Source: a virus
Lineage: Duplodnaviria > Caudoviricetes
Strand: one strand, 5' to 3'
DNA: 26,915 bases
IMG/VR virus record: IMGVR_UViG_3300044769_000127
Location: 1-26,915 of that record
Position 1 is the first letter of the stretch, and every line of letters starts with the position of its first letter. Below, piece by piece: positions 1 to 8,632 of the stretch. The notes under the pieces are model-generated. The model was given only the letters and a program-made list of their open reading frames with translations, did no database searches and had not been told where the DNA came from. The translations under genes were made by a program, and so were the position numbers.

Positions 1-21
1 ACGGGACGGGTTTCCGGTCAT
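1..21 (-). CDS. 5' fragment of next gene (MTGNPSR...), runs off the window
   Basis: ATG at 21 overlaps the TGA (18-20) of the upstream gene in an ATGA junction, as elsewhere in the window; only 7 codons visible. Confidence 0.45.
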
Positions 22-1757
22 TCCGCGAGGACCCTCGGGCGGCCCGTCGCGACGACCGTCCATCCAACGATGTCGGGGTGGAGTGGCCTCGCTGCACAGG
101 TGACCGCCAAGGTGGCTGGGGCGACGGTGAAAGCCCCACCGGTGACCGTGACGGGCTGTGCGGTGGCGGTGCCGGCAGCCCGGCCGGCGGCGATCTGCAC
201 CGCGGTGACCTGTACGGCGAGCGGCCGAGCGACGCAGCTGCGGGTAGCCCTGACCGCCGCCACCGTCACACCGGACCCCTGCGGGGTGACAGGGCGGGCG
301 GTCAGGACCGGATGGGCGCGGCTGAGCGCGACGGTGGCCACTCCGGCACCGGCAGGCGTCAAGGGTTGCGCCGCGACAGTGCCGGCGGCCCGCACAAGGG
401 GGACCGCCGGTGCGGGGCCGGGGGTGACAGTCCACGCCCGGGCAGTCAAGGTCCGCGCCGAACGGGTCAGGGCGACAATGACCGGCCCACCCGTCGGCAC
501 GGGCCTGCGGGCGGCAGCTGTGCAGGTGGCCCGCCCCAACTGGACCGCAGCGGCCCCCACAGTGACCGTCACCGGTCGTGCGACGGCTGTGCAGGTGCCG
601 TGCACCGGGTGGACCGCGGCGGCGGCCCCTGCGGGCGTCACAGGCCGGGCTGTGAAGGTGCCGGTGGCCTTGACCGCGGCCAACGTCGCGGCACCACCCG
701 CGACAGTGACGGGCCGTGCGACGGCGGCGAGCGGGGGGCGGCCCGCAGCGACCAGCAGCGACAGGAGCGACGTGACAGGCCGTGCGACCGCAGTGAGCGC
801 CGGCCGGCCCAGCAGCGCGGTGACCGTCCCAGGTGCCGGGGTGACCGGCCGGGCTGCGCTGGTGATGATCGCGGGGGCCAACTCGACGGGGAACGCCCCC
901 ACCGGCCGGGCCGACAAGGTGCGCGCCGCGGTCCCTACAGCGACGGTCACCGCCCCGGCTGTGACGGTCACCGGGCGGGCCACAGCAGTCGCCACGGCAC
1001 GAGGCAAAGTGAGGCTGGTAGCGCCAAGCGTCACGGTCACCGGGAGGGCCGCCGGGTGCCCGGTCGCCGGGCCCAACGCGACGGTGTCAGCGTTGAACGA
1101 GATTTCCAGCATGACCGCCGAGTGGTCCGCTTCGTCGCCGGCCGACAACGACACGGTGACCGTCTTGCCTATCGACCCGGCACCCGCAAAGACGCGGCCC
1201 TTCGCGTTGTCGTCGGCGGTGTGGTCCTGCACCACCGTGTAGCCGGCCTCAGCGATTTGGCTATCACCAGTGAACGGCGACTGCGGCCGGTTCGTGACAC
1301 CGACGAGCAGCTGTGAGGCGGCCTCCGGCACGTTGTCGAGTGCCATCGCCCACGACTCGCCCGCGTCGATGTCGCCGCCCGCGATCTGGGTTTGGCGGAC
1401 CGTGTTCGCTGCCCGGTACCGGTAGGCGTACACCTGGATGAGCCGTTCACCGGTCGTCGCTGTGATCGCAACCGTGTACGTCCCTGCCCCTGCGGTCGCC
1501 GCCGTGATCTTCGCCCACCATGCGACCGTCACAGTCCGCCGGGTGTTGTCGGTGCCGTTGGCCCGCACCTCCGTGAATACCGATGTCCAGGTGTGCGCGA
1601 AGGTCAGCGGGACGTTGAGCCCGTCGTTCTTCCCGACGCACAGGGCGACAATCGCGACCAGGTCACCTTCGTTGAGGGGGAGGCTCCCGGAGGTGCGGTT
1701 TACCTCGGTGTCTAGCGCCGGCTCATACGAGTCGATCAGGGTGCGGACAAGGGCCAT
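18..1757 (-). CDS. Putative virion fibre/structural protein, 579 aa: N-terminal beta-rich domain plus about 15 imperfect ~23-aa 'ARPVTV' repeats
   Basis: GGAGG-type RBS upstream; Ala/Thr/Val-rich repeats (A-x-x-T-x-x-ARPVT-x-x-x-G) from ~aa 225; position downstream of capsid genes. Confidence 0.7.
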   Translation of the reverse strand: MALVRTLIDSYEPALDTEVNRTSGSLPLNEGDLVAIVALCVGKNDGLNVPLTFAHTWTSVFTEVRANGTDNTRRTVTVAWWAKITAATAGAGTYTVAITATTGERLIQVYAYRYRAANTVRQTQIAGGDIDAGESWAMALDNVPEAASQLLVGVTNRPQSPFTGDSQIAEAGYTVVQDHTADDNAKGRVFAGAGSIGKTVTVSLSAGDEADHSAVMLEISFNADTVALGPATGHPAALPVTVTLGATSLTLPRAVATAVARPVTVTAGAVTVAVGTAARTLSARPVGAFPVELAPAIITSAARPVTPAPGTVTALLGRPALTAVARPVTSLLSLLVAAGRPPLAAVARPVTVAGGAATLAAVKATGTFTARPVTPAGAAAAVHPVHGTCTAVARPVTVTVGAAAVQLGRATCTAAARRPVPTGGPVIVALTRSARTLTARAWTVTPGPAPAVPLVRAAGTVAAQPLTPAGAGVATVALSRAHPVLTARPVTPQGSGVTVAAVRATRSCVARPLAVQVTAVQIAAGRAAGTATAQPVTVTGGAFTVAPATLAVTCAARPLHPDIVGWTVVATGRPRVLAE

Positions 1758-1777
1758 GGGGGCTCAGCCCCTCCCCG

Positions 1778-2215
1778 CTATTGGAGCCAGATGAGATCGG
1801 AGATCGTGACGGTCAGGTCGCCGCCGTTCGTGACCTTCGGGAAGTTCGTGTCGTGGAAGGAGAGCAGTTCCCTCGACGAGTCCGCCCCACCATCTTTGTA
1901 GGTGACGAGCGCCCGGGCGGTGCCGGCGTCGATCGCGGTCCACGTCACGTTGGCGGCGTCGAGTGCGACCCGGTCGTTCGTGTCGTCCTCGGTGCGGGTC
2001 AGCGACCCGAGCGACTTGCGGACGTAGCCGGTGCCGGCCATCTCTGTGACGCCACCCACGGCGAGCAGTTCCGACACGAAGTCGAGGTCGACGGACGACG
2101 CCCCACCTGGCACCGACGCACCCGCGATGATGAGGCACGAGAACGTCGTGGAGCCGTCAGCGAACAGGCCACGGGCGATCGTGTACTTGCCCTTGTTGTA
2201 GACGATGTCGGCCAT
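1778..2215 (-). CDS. Putative small virion structural protein, 145 aa
   Basis: Pattern 'E..GTGYVRKSL....DAANVTWT....ARALVTYKD....LLSFHD....TNGGDLTV' resembles small beta-rich phage proteins that typically precede fibre genes; GAAGGGA RBS. Confidence 0.7.
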   Translation of the reverse strand: MADIVYNKGKYTIARGLFADGSTTFSCLIIAGASVPGGASSVDLDFVSELLAVGGVTEMAGTGYVRKSLGSLTRTEDDTNDRVALDAANVTWTAIDAGTARALVTYKDGGADSSRELLSFHDTNFPKVTNGGDLTVTISDLIWLQ

Positions 2216-2235
2216 GGCCAGTCAGGTCCCTTCGG

Positions 2236-2568
2236 TCAGGCGACCTTGCCGAACCCGATGGTCGGCAAGATGCGGTCATTGAGCGCGCCGTTCGTGAAGG
2301 GCTTCCAGAGCCCGACGTAGGAGAACACGGCGATGGCGGTGGCCAGCATCCATTGCTGGAACATGGCCCCGGAGATGATCGCGGCCCCCGACGGGTCGAT
2401 GGCGTCAACGATCAGGGTGTGGGCTGCGGCGAGCACCAGGGTGATCACGGCCCGCCACCTGTCCGCCAAACCCGACTTGGAGACGGCCGCGACGATGACA
2501 GGGATCAGGAGTGTCGTGAGGAACGCGACCAGCTGCGGTGACAGGATGAACTCGGCGGCTGCGAACAT
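2236..2568 (-). CDS. Putative holin, 110 aa
   Basis: Three hydrophobic segments; 'LIPVIVAAVSK' and C-terminal 'SYVGLWKP' resemble actinophage holins; AAGGGAA RBS. Confidence 0.7.
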   Translation of the reverse strand: MFAAAEFILSPQLVAFLTTLLIPVIVAAVSKSGLADRWRAVITLVLAAAHTLIVDAIDPSGAAIISGAMFQQWMLATAIAVFSYVGLWKPFTNGALNDRILPTIGFGKVA

Positions 2569-2571
2569 GGG

Positions 2572-3150
2572 TCAGTTCCCCTTCTTGCCGGCGTCGGCGG
2601 TGGGCCGGCGGGCTATCTCCTTGACGGCGGCCACCACCGATGCGCGTGTCTTGGCGCGTCGCTGTTCGGCCCTGAGTACGTCTCCGGCCCGGTCCGGGTG
2701 GGCCTTCACGAACCGGATGACGGCCGGGACCGGCAACGCCACCACGGCGGCCCCATCGGCATCCGCGGCGATCGGGCCGGCGGCCTCCGCAGCTGGCGAA
2801 GCCGCGATCGCGTCGTTGAGGGCGGCGTCGTCGGGGGCCGACACGGGCGCATCCCCGAGGGCGGCCTGCCGGCCCTCGGGTAGCTCCGCGAGGGCATCGA
2901 GGGCTTTCGCCTCGATGGTGTCCTGCCCCGTGAAGTAGGCGGCATCGATCCAGCCCGGGTTGCCGTCACGGGTGCGGCCAGCCGGCGGCTTCGATCTTTC
3001 ACCCGTCGGGAGGATCATCCCCAGCCGCTCTAGGCGGCCTTCGGCGTCGTCCAGGTCGGACAGCCACACGGTCGACGCCCGCTGGTGCAGGCCGGTGGAG
3101 GTTGTGATGCCCTGGTCAGCGAGAACCAGGTAGGTCGCTTCGGTTGCCAT
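2572..3150 (-). CDS. Hypothetical head-associated protein, 192 aa
   Basis: CAGGAGG RBS; directly after major capsid; C-terminal helical motif 'VLRAEQRRAKTRASVVAAV' of a kind often seen in post-capsid genes. Confidence 0.65.
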   Translation of the reverse strand: MATEATYLVLADQGITTSTGLHQRASTVWLSDLDDAEGRLERLGMILPTGERSKPPAGRTRDGNPGWIDAAYFTGQDTIEAKALDALAELPEGRQAALGDAPVSAPDDAALNDAIAASPAAEAAGPIAADADGAAVVALPVPAVIRFVKAHPDRAGDVLRAEQRRAKTRASVVAAVKEIARRPTADAGKKGN

Positions 3151-3170
3151 CAGGCGGGGCCTCCTGCCGG

Positions 3171-4166
3171 CTACTGCACGACTGCGGAGAAGAAGATGCC
3201 GAGGTCCGACGCGACGACCTTCTGTGTGTGTGCCGTCGCCGCCTGGAAGAAGTCGGACGACGCCCCTTCCTCACGCCAGCGCTTCACGGAGACGCCTGCG
3301 GCCTGACCGCCGAGCAGCCCGTTCCATGCGAACGTGTAGCCGGCCGATGGTTCCTCCAACCCGGGGGCGGGGGCGGCGTAGGCGAGCAGCGCCGACTTCG
3401 CCGGCAAGATGAACGCCATCGTCTCGGTGGCGTCCTCCACGGCGCTGTTCCAGATGCCACGCCCGACGACGATCTTCAAACCGAACGCGGCTTCCAGGGT
3501 GGCCAACTCGACGAGCGCCGGATCGGACTTCGATGCGCCACCCGAGATACGGGCGACGACAGCCGGGTTGTCGAGCAACGCCAGTTCGACATCGGACCCG
3601 AGGACGAGGACGTTCGGCATCAGGCCGGTCGCCCCGAGGATGGCCCGCTTCCGCTTCCGCATCTCCACCACCGGATCGGACGTGGAGAGGTTCCAGAAGA
3701 TGGTCTGGTTCGCTGTGGGACCGGACGCCACACCTGTCACGTCGGTACCCCAGATCGAGGTGGCCATGAACGCCGCGGCGAACTTCCGATCGGCGTGGAT
3801 GAGGTGCTGCGACATCAGCATCCGCACCTTGGCCCGCTCCATGTTGATCGGGTTCGTCTGGTTGGCCCGCTCCCGATCGTCGATGGTGGCCGACAGGCCT
3901 TCCTCTTCGATCGTGTAGCTCAGCCAGTCAGGCTTGACGCCTTGCATCGGGGCCCGGCCACCCATGGGGCGCACCTTGACGTCGTCCCGGTAGAAGTTGC
4001 CACGGGGCCACCGCGGGTACACGTCGGAGGCGTTCGCCACAGGCACGGGCGGGAACACCCGCTGCGCCACGAAGTTGTCCGTGGTCTGCATGTAGCTGAT
4101 GCCGAACGTGGTGAGCGGGGCGTCGTAGTGCCCGACGTTCTGCGAGGTGATCGGTGCGGGAGGCAT
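3171..4166 (-). CDS. Major capsid protein, 331 aa
   Basis: Size and position after scaffold/decoration genes; 'DAPLTTFGISY...FVAQRVFPPVPV', 'GLMPNVLVLG', 'EPSAGYTF', 'KVVASDLGIFF' match a widespread HK97-fold capsid family; AAAGGAA RBS. Confidence 0.88.
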   Translation of the reverse strand: MPPAPITSQNVGHYDAPLTTFGISYMQTTDNFVAQRVFPPVPVANASDVYPRWPRGNFYRDDVKVRPMGGRAPMQGVKPDWLSYTIEEEGLSATIDDRERANQTNPINMERAKVRMLMSQHLIHADRKFAAAFMATSIWGTDVTGVASGPTANQTIFWNLSTSDPVVEMRKRKRAILGATGLMPNVLVLGSDVELALLDNPAVVARISGGASKSDPALVELATLEAAFGLKIVVGRGIWNSAVEDATETMAFILPAKSALLAYAAPAPGLEEPSAGYTFAWNGLLGGQAAGVSVKRWREEGASSDFFQAATAHTQKVVASDLGIFFSAVVQ

Positions 4167-4199
4167 CGTCGGCTGTTCCTTTCAGATGATCGGGGCGGG

Positions 4200-4565
4200 T
4201 TAGGCGGACAGGCCGCGGTAGCCGAGCTCAACCCGGATGATGTTGAGGTCGGCGGCGGCCGCTTCCAGCGCCTTGCCGACGATCGGCTTCCCGGTGGTCG
4301 CCGTGATGAACTTGCCATTCGCGTCGGTCATGAGGTTGGCGTTGATCGTGATGGCGGCACCGGCGATGCCCTTCACCACGTCACGCACCTGGTAGGTGCC
4401 GGTCTGCCCGTTCTTCGGGTCGTCGACCAGGACGCCATCGATGACGACTTCGGCTCCGGCGATCGCGAGGACGCCAGCCGCCACGACAACGGCGTAGCCG
4501 GTCTTCGCGGAGAGGTCCGACGTGGTGGGGGCCCCACGGAGAGGGCCGGTCTGTGCGCTTGCCAT
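4200..4565 (-). CDS. Capsid decoration/cement protein (DUF2190-like), 121 aa
   Basis: Immediately upstream of MCP; 'AGAAITINANLMTDANGKFITATTGKPIVGKALEAAAADLNIIRVEL' is a typical cement-protein pattern. Confidence 0.8.
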   Translation of the reverse strand: MASAQTGPLRGAPTTSDLSAKTGYAVVVAAGVLAIAGAEVVIDGVLVDDPKNGQTGTYQVRDVVKGIAGAAITINANLMTDANGKFITATTGKPIVGKALEAAAADLNIIRVELGYRGLSA

Positions 4566-4570
4566 GGGGC

Positions 4571-5404
4571 TTAGGCTCCTTCGGTCCGGTACTTGACGAC
4601 GAGATCGGGCCGCTCATCCCAGGCGGCCGCTTCGGCCTGCTCCGGGGTGAGGGACGGGTCGGCGGCCCGCTTGGCTACCGCCAGCTTCGCGATTTCGCCG
4701 GCCGCCGAGGTGGCGTCGGGGTGCTGTGCGGAGCCGACCGTCGCCGTGAGCACCCGGTCGGCCTCAGCGACCGTCTCGGCCGCCGACTTCAACACCCGAT
4801 CCAGTTCGGTGTAGGCCTCCGGGGTCATGCCGGCGGCGGCCGCCTTCAAGACCGGCCCGAACGTGGCCGGCGTCACGAGGGTGCCGTAGTCGGCCGCCTT
4901 CGCGATGAACTCCCGATCGGCTTCGGCGTCGGCCATCTTGGCGACGAGCGCCCGGTCGGCCTTGGCCTGGTCGGCCTGTGCACGGAGGGCCGCCTTCAAG
5001 ACCGGGTCGAGGTTGCCATCAGCGAGGGCCTTCTCGATTGGGTCGGTGGGGGCGTCGGGGGCGGCGGCTGCGGCCTTGTCGGCGGCGGCCTTGTCGGCGG
5101 CCTCCTTCGCCTTGGCCTCGGCCTCCTTGCGGGCCTCCTGCTCCTTCTCCAACTCGGCGGTCAGATCCTCGATCTGCTTCTCCAAGTCGGTGATCTTCTC
5201 GGCGTCCGTCTTGGCCTTGTCGGCCTCTGGTGCGGCGGCGGCTCCGGGCACGGCGTGCTCCTTCGGGTCGGTGGGTGTGTCGGCCTTCAATACCAGCCAG
5301 CCTTCGGCCCCGACCTGCGCGTTGTTCGCCGGGTGGTCTACCCCTGACGAGTCGAGCATCGTCGGGAGCACCATGCGGCGTGTGCGGGTACCGGCGGCGG
5401 GCAT
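4571..5404 (-). CDS. Capsid scaffolding protein, ~277 aa (alternative starts 5410/5416)
   Basis: N-terminal 'SSGVDHPAN...GWLVLK' motif, then a long Ala/Glu/Lys coiled coil and a C-terminal 'LTPEQAEAAAWDERPDL' capsid-binding-like helix; start 5404 lies 7 nt after a CATGAT -10-like hexamer. Confidence 0.78.
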   Translation of the reverse strand: MPAAGTRTRRMVLPTMLDSSGVDHPANNAQVGAEGWLVLKADTPTDPKEHAVPGAAAAPEADKAKTDAEKITDLEKQIEDLTAELEKEQEARKEAEAKAKEAADKAAADKAAAAAPDAPTDPIEKALADGNLDPVLKAALRAQADQAKADRALVAKMADAEADREFIAKAADYGTLVTPATFGPVLKAAAAGMTPEAYTELDRVLKSAAETVAEADRVLTATVGSAQHPDATSAAGEIAKLAVAKRAADPSLTPEQAEAAAWDERPDLVVKYRTEGA

Positions 5405-5452
5405 CGGCATGATCATGGCGGCGGACGACGGCCGGTGTCACGCACCGCCGGA

Positions 5453-5860
5453 TTATCGGGACACAGCCTCGCGGCGGCCTGCCCGTGTGCGCCGCGACTC
5501 GGCGCGGCGCAACGCTTCGGCTTTCTGGACGCAATCAGGGGCGTGGTACAGCGGCGGCCGGCCCGGGCCGGACACATCGGGGAGGGGCAGCCCGCAGTAG
5601 CCGCACACTCGGGGGACCACCTGCACGACTTCCTCATCGCAGCTGACCCCATTGAGGTCGGGTGGTTGCAACCGGCGCGACAGGCGGCCCCACCCGTCGA
5701 CCACCTGCCGGATGGTGGCCTGCCCGTCGATGACGAGCAGCGCCGACAGGAACGCTGTGCGTACCTCCGGATGCAACCCGGACAGCCACCGTTTCAACAG
5801 GTCCTCGTCGGCCTCCGTCCGGGCGACGCGGTAGTAGGTGTCCCCGCCGAGCCGACTCAT
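5453..5860 (-). CDS. Hypothetical protein with C-terminal zinc-finger-like motif, 135 aa
   Basis: 'CGYCGLPLP....GRPPLYHAPDC' followed by a basic helix; ATGA-coupled to the upstream gene. Confidence 0.65.
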   Translation of the reverse strand: MSRLGGDTYYRVARTEADEDLLKRWLSGLHPEVRTAFLSALLVIDGQATIRQVVDGWGRLSRRLQPPDLNGVSCDEEVVQVVPRVCGYCGLPLPDVSGPGRPPLYHAPDCVQKAEALRRAESRRTRAGRREAVSR

Positions 5861-6138
5861 GCCGTGTCGGGGGCCTCACCGCGAACGGCCCGCCCGAGCG
5901 CGACCGCCGCCGCCATCTGCGCCTCGGTTGTCGACACGACACCGGCCGCGACGAGAGTCTCGGCCAGGCGTGCGATCGTGGCGAGCGCGTCGAGGTCGCC
6001 TACGGCGATCACCCGTTCGACGTGGGAGCCGATGACCGACGTGGCGGCGATCACCTTGGCGGCGGCGGCCGCCGCGTCAGGGTCCACCTCGGCGGCCGCT
6101 ACGACGGGAGCGGGTGTGGCGGGGGCGCGTGTAGCCAT
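5857..6138 (-). CDS. Hypothetical Ala-rich protein, 93 aa (MATRAPATP...)
   Basis: GAAGGAG RBS before ATG 6138; stop overlaps the next start. Confidence 0.6.
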   Translation of the reverse strand: MATRAPATPAPVVAAAEVDPDAAAAAAKVIAATSVIGSHVERVIAVGDLDALATIARLAETLVAAGVVSTTEAQMAAAVALGRAVRGEAPDTA

Positions 6139-6143
6139 CGGGG

Positions 6144-7505
6144 TCAGTCTCCTTCGGGTGGTTCCTGGTCGGCGCGCCACGCTGCGCCGCCCATGCTGAT
6201 GCCGTTGATTTCGTTGGCGAGGATCGCGGCGTAAGCCCACGGCTCCCACACGATCCCTTGATAGATGGTGCCGGCCGGCAACGTGACCTGCTCGCTGCCG
6301 GTGCCATCCCCGAGGCTCATGGTCGCTTCCAACTCGAACGGCCACGCCACGATTTCGACGCACTCACCGGCGATGGTGCCCGGTATGTGTTGGAGGCTGA
6401 TGGTGCGCTCGCCGCAACGCACATACTCCCAAACCATGGCCTGTAGATCGTCGGCGGTGGCCCACTCGCCGTGGGTGTCGAGCGCATCGGGGACGTACAG
6501 CGGCGCGAACGTGTACCGCTTCGCGTCGGCCTTCGTCATCATCTCCATCGAGTCGGGCCCGTAGTCGATGTGGAGGCGGGGCCCATCGAACGGCATACGC
6601 CACACGTCGGCACCGGCGACCAGCATCAGCGAGTCGAACATGACGCCCACGACGGGCGGCTGCGGCAGCTGGCGCAGCTGGTCCACCGGCCCGTAGGCGA
6701 GCGTGACGTGCGCCGTGAAGTCGTGCCCGTCGAGCGGCCCGACATCGTTGGCGCGCAACATCTCAGCGAGCCGTGTCCGCCACTCGGACAGGTACGGGAC
6801 ATCGACCAGGGCGACCGCCGCGCCGGCATCGGGGGTGCCGTCGGTGTCACCGACTGTCAGGTTGAACACAGCGAACCCGCTGATCACGCCTTCCATCGGC
6901 CACTCGTACGGACAGAACGAGCGGAGCACAGCGGCCAGCCGTTCCACCTCATCGGCCGGCCAATACGACACGTCACCCATGTAGGCGAGCGTCACGTGGA
7001 GAGCGGCGGCGGGTTCCACCTCGATGCCATCGGGGGCGGTCGCCGGGTCAACCGCCAGGAGGTCGGCTATCTCGGGGGCGAGCCCCAACGCGACCATCAC
7101 CCCATGCGGGTTCGTGTCGCCGGCTTCCGGGTCGAACGACACGGCCTGTTCTTTGCGGAGCGCTGCGGGTAGCTCCTGCCCCGGGTGGACCTTCTCCCAT
7201 GCGAGCCGGATGCGGGCCCTGGCCTCGCGGGCGAACCGGACCGGAATCGTCGGGTCGGCGTCAGCCGAGAGGCGGCCCAACGCGTAGGCGACCAGCCCGG
7301 CATCGGGCTTCGATTCTCCGTCGTAGTAGAGCGGCAGCCGCCACGTGGAGGCGTCGTCGGCGTCGGGGACAAGCGCCCAGCAGTCAGCACGGGCAGGGTG
7401 CGCTTTGCCGTCGCGTTTCGTGACGGGCGGGACGTGGAGCGGCACCCCCTGCACGGCTGCACGGGCGGTGCCCGGGTCGATGGCGGTGACCGTGGGGCGA
7501 TGCAC
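6144..7505 (-). CDS. Three-domain head protein, ~453 aa: N-terminal helical phage domain + 2H phosphoesterase + XkdF-like (peptidase S78-like) prohead protease
   Basis: Two HxT motifs (LHVTLAY at 6998-6987; AHVTLAY at 6710-6699); C-terminal 'YVPDALDTHGEWAT', 'SLQH', 'LPAGT', 'INGISMGG' typical of XkdF-like proteases; GTG 7505 sits 7 nt after CAGACT. Confidence 0.82.
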   Translation of the reverse strand: MHRPTVTAIDPGTARAAVQGVPLHVPPVTKRDGKAHPARADCWALVPDADDASTWRLPLYYDGESKPDAGLVAYALGRLSADADPTIPVRFAREARARIRLAWEKVHPGQELPAALRKEQAVSFDPEAGDTNPHGVMVALGLAPEIADLLAVDPATAPDGIEVEPAAALHVTLAYMGDVSYWPADEVERLAAVLRSFCPYEWPMEGVISGFAVFNLTVGDTDGTPDAGAAVALVDVPYLSEWRTRLAEMLRANDVGPLDGHDFTAHVTLAYGPVDQLRQLPQPPVVGVMFDSLMLVAGADVWRMPFDGPRLHIDYGPDSMEMMTKADAKRYTFAPLYVPDALDTHGEWATADDLQAMVWEYVRCGERTISLQHIPGTIAGECVEIVAWPFELEATMSLGDGTGSEQVTLPAGTIYQGIVWEPWAYAAILANEINGISMGGAAWRADQEPPEGD

Positions 7506-7564
7506 GCCCCCTAGTCTGCACCAGCCGGCGCAGCCGCGGGCACCTTGCCCGGTTCGCGGGACTG

Positions 7565-7960
7565 CTAGCGGCGGCCGTTGGCTTGGCGTACGGCCTGCGC
7601 GGCGACCTGCTCGCCGGTGGCGACGATGCGGACCGGGATGCGGGCCACGTGGGCACCGCGGCGCAGCACCACCGTGACACACCCGGACCCGTCGGGGTCG
7701 GTGCCCACGTGGTACACGTCGTCGGCGGTCCACCGCCAGGCGGCGGCGGCAGCCCGGATGGTGGCGACTGTGGCCGGCCCGGCGGCCCGCATGGTTGCAC
7801 CCTCAGCGGCGAGCGCCTGGACGGCGGCCCGGTGGGTGTCCTCGGCTTGGATGGCGGCCAGCTGGTGCTCGACGCAGGCTTCCGTCACGTCCCAGGTGTT
7901 GACCAGGTCGCGGCGTTCCTCGATGCACCCGCAGGGGGCGATCCGGCGGCCGGCGTTCAT
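7565..7960 (-). CDS. Hypothetical protein, 131 aa (MNAGRRIAPCGC...)
   Basis: ATGA overlap with 7957-8217; fills the cassette between promoter 8225-8253 and the protease gene. Confidence 0.65.
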   Translation of the reverse strand: MNAGRRIAPCGCIEERRDLVNTWDVTEACVEHQLAAIQAEDTHRAAVQALAAEGATMRAAGPATVATIRAAAAAWRWTADDVYHVGTDPDGSGCVTVVLRRGAHVARIPVRIVATGEQVAAQAVRQANGRR

Positions 7961-8217
7961 CGCCCGGCCCCGTCGTCGGTGAAGCGGACTTCCAGCCAGG
8001 TGTAGCCGCCGAACCGGCCGCAGCCGCAGTTCCAGTCCTGCTCGCATTCGCAGCCGGCAGGGTCGGCGTCCCGGTCATCCCAGGGGGCCGCCGAGTCGAC
8101 TTCGCGGCGGGTGAGGGCGGCGTCGGCGGCGTAGCGGTCCGGGTACTCGGCAACGGCCTGACCGTCGCGGTACCCAACCCAGGGCTCCATGGTGGTGGCG
8201 GTGGCGGTGGTGCTCAT
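7957..8217 (-). CDS. Hypothetical Cys-containing protein, 86 aa (MSTTATATT...)
   Basis: ATG exactly 7 nt downstream of a TAGAGT -10 box (leaderless); CECxxxxxCGC motif. Confidence 0.72.
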   Translation of the reverse strand: MSTTATATTMEPWVGYRDGQAVAEYPDRYAADAALTRREVDSAAPWDDRDADPAGCECEQDWNCGCGRFGGYTWLEVRFTDDGAGR

Positions 8218-8224
8218 GCCACGT

Positions 8225-8253
8225 ACTCTAGCACCGCTGGGTTAGGGATGCAA
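8225..8253 (-). promoter_or_regulatory. Conserved leaderless promoter copy 1: TTGCAT-N17-TAGAGT-N7-ATG
   Basis: Housekeeping-sigma-like -35/-10 with extended TG; shares TAACCCAGCGGTGCTAG with the copy at 12351-12379. Confidence 0.8.
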
Positions 8254-8267
8254 GGCCCGGGGTGTGG

Positions 8268-8621
8268 TCATGTGGTCGGCGGGATTTCACCGAAGATCAA
8301 CGCCCACCCCTCCGGCTGATGACAGGCCGGTGTCGCCGTCGGCTCATCCACATACCAGCCGGCCGCCGCATTCGTCCACCTCGTCGAACACCGAAGCGCC
8401 GCCGGAACCTCCGCCGCGAAAGCCTCAAACCCGGCCTGCACACGCTGCCCATTCGAACGGACGTAACGGACGCACGCCGGATGCCCCGTCGCGCTACATG
8501 CCTGAATCTCGACGGGAGCGCCATTACTAGACACCCCACACGCCACCAACGTCGCCGTCAACACCGTCGCGGCGATCACCTTACGAAGTGGGGCAGCTGC
8601 GCGACGTGGGCGGTTGAGCAT
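8268..8621 (-). CDS. Putative lipoprotein, ~117 aa
   Basis: Basic N-terminus (MLNRPRRAAAPLRK), hydrophobic stretch, lipobox LVA-C (Cys28, 8538-8549); TAGCAT hexamer 8 nt upstream of ATG 8621. Confidence 0.62.
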   Translation of the reverse strand: MLNRPRRAAAPLRKVIAATVLTATLVACGVSSNGAPVEIQACSATGHPACVRYVRSNGQRVQAGFEAFAAEVPAALRCSTRWTNAAAGWYVDEPTATPACHQPEGWALIFGEIPPTT

Positions 8622-8632
8622 GACGCGGGATG

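Noticed and set aside
70-5600. Long plus-strand ORFs (70-1242, 78-1316, 3144-4574, 4553-5347, 4905-5600)
   Set aside because: Antisense shadows of high-GC minus-strand genes; no RBS or recognisable motifs.
7506-7733. N-terminal 76 aa of the 529-aa ORF call
   Set aside because: Arg/Pro-rich junk overlapping gene 7565-7960; GTG 7505 fits the CAGACT-N7 pattern shared with the portal.
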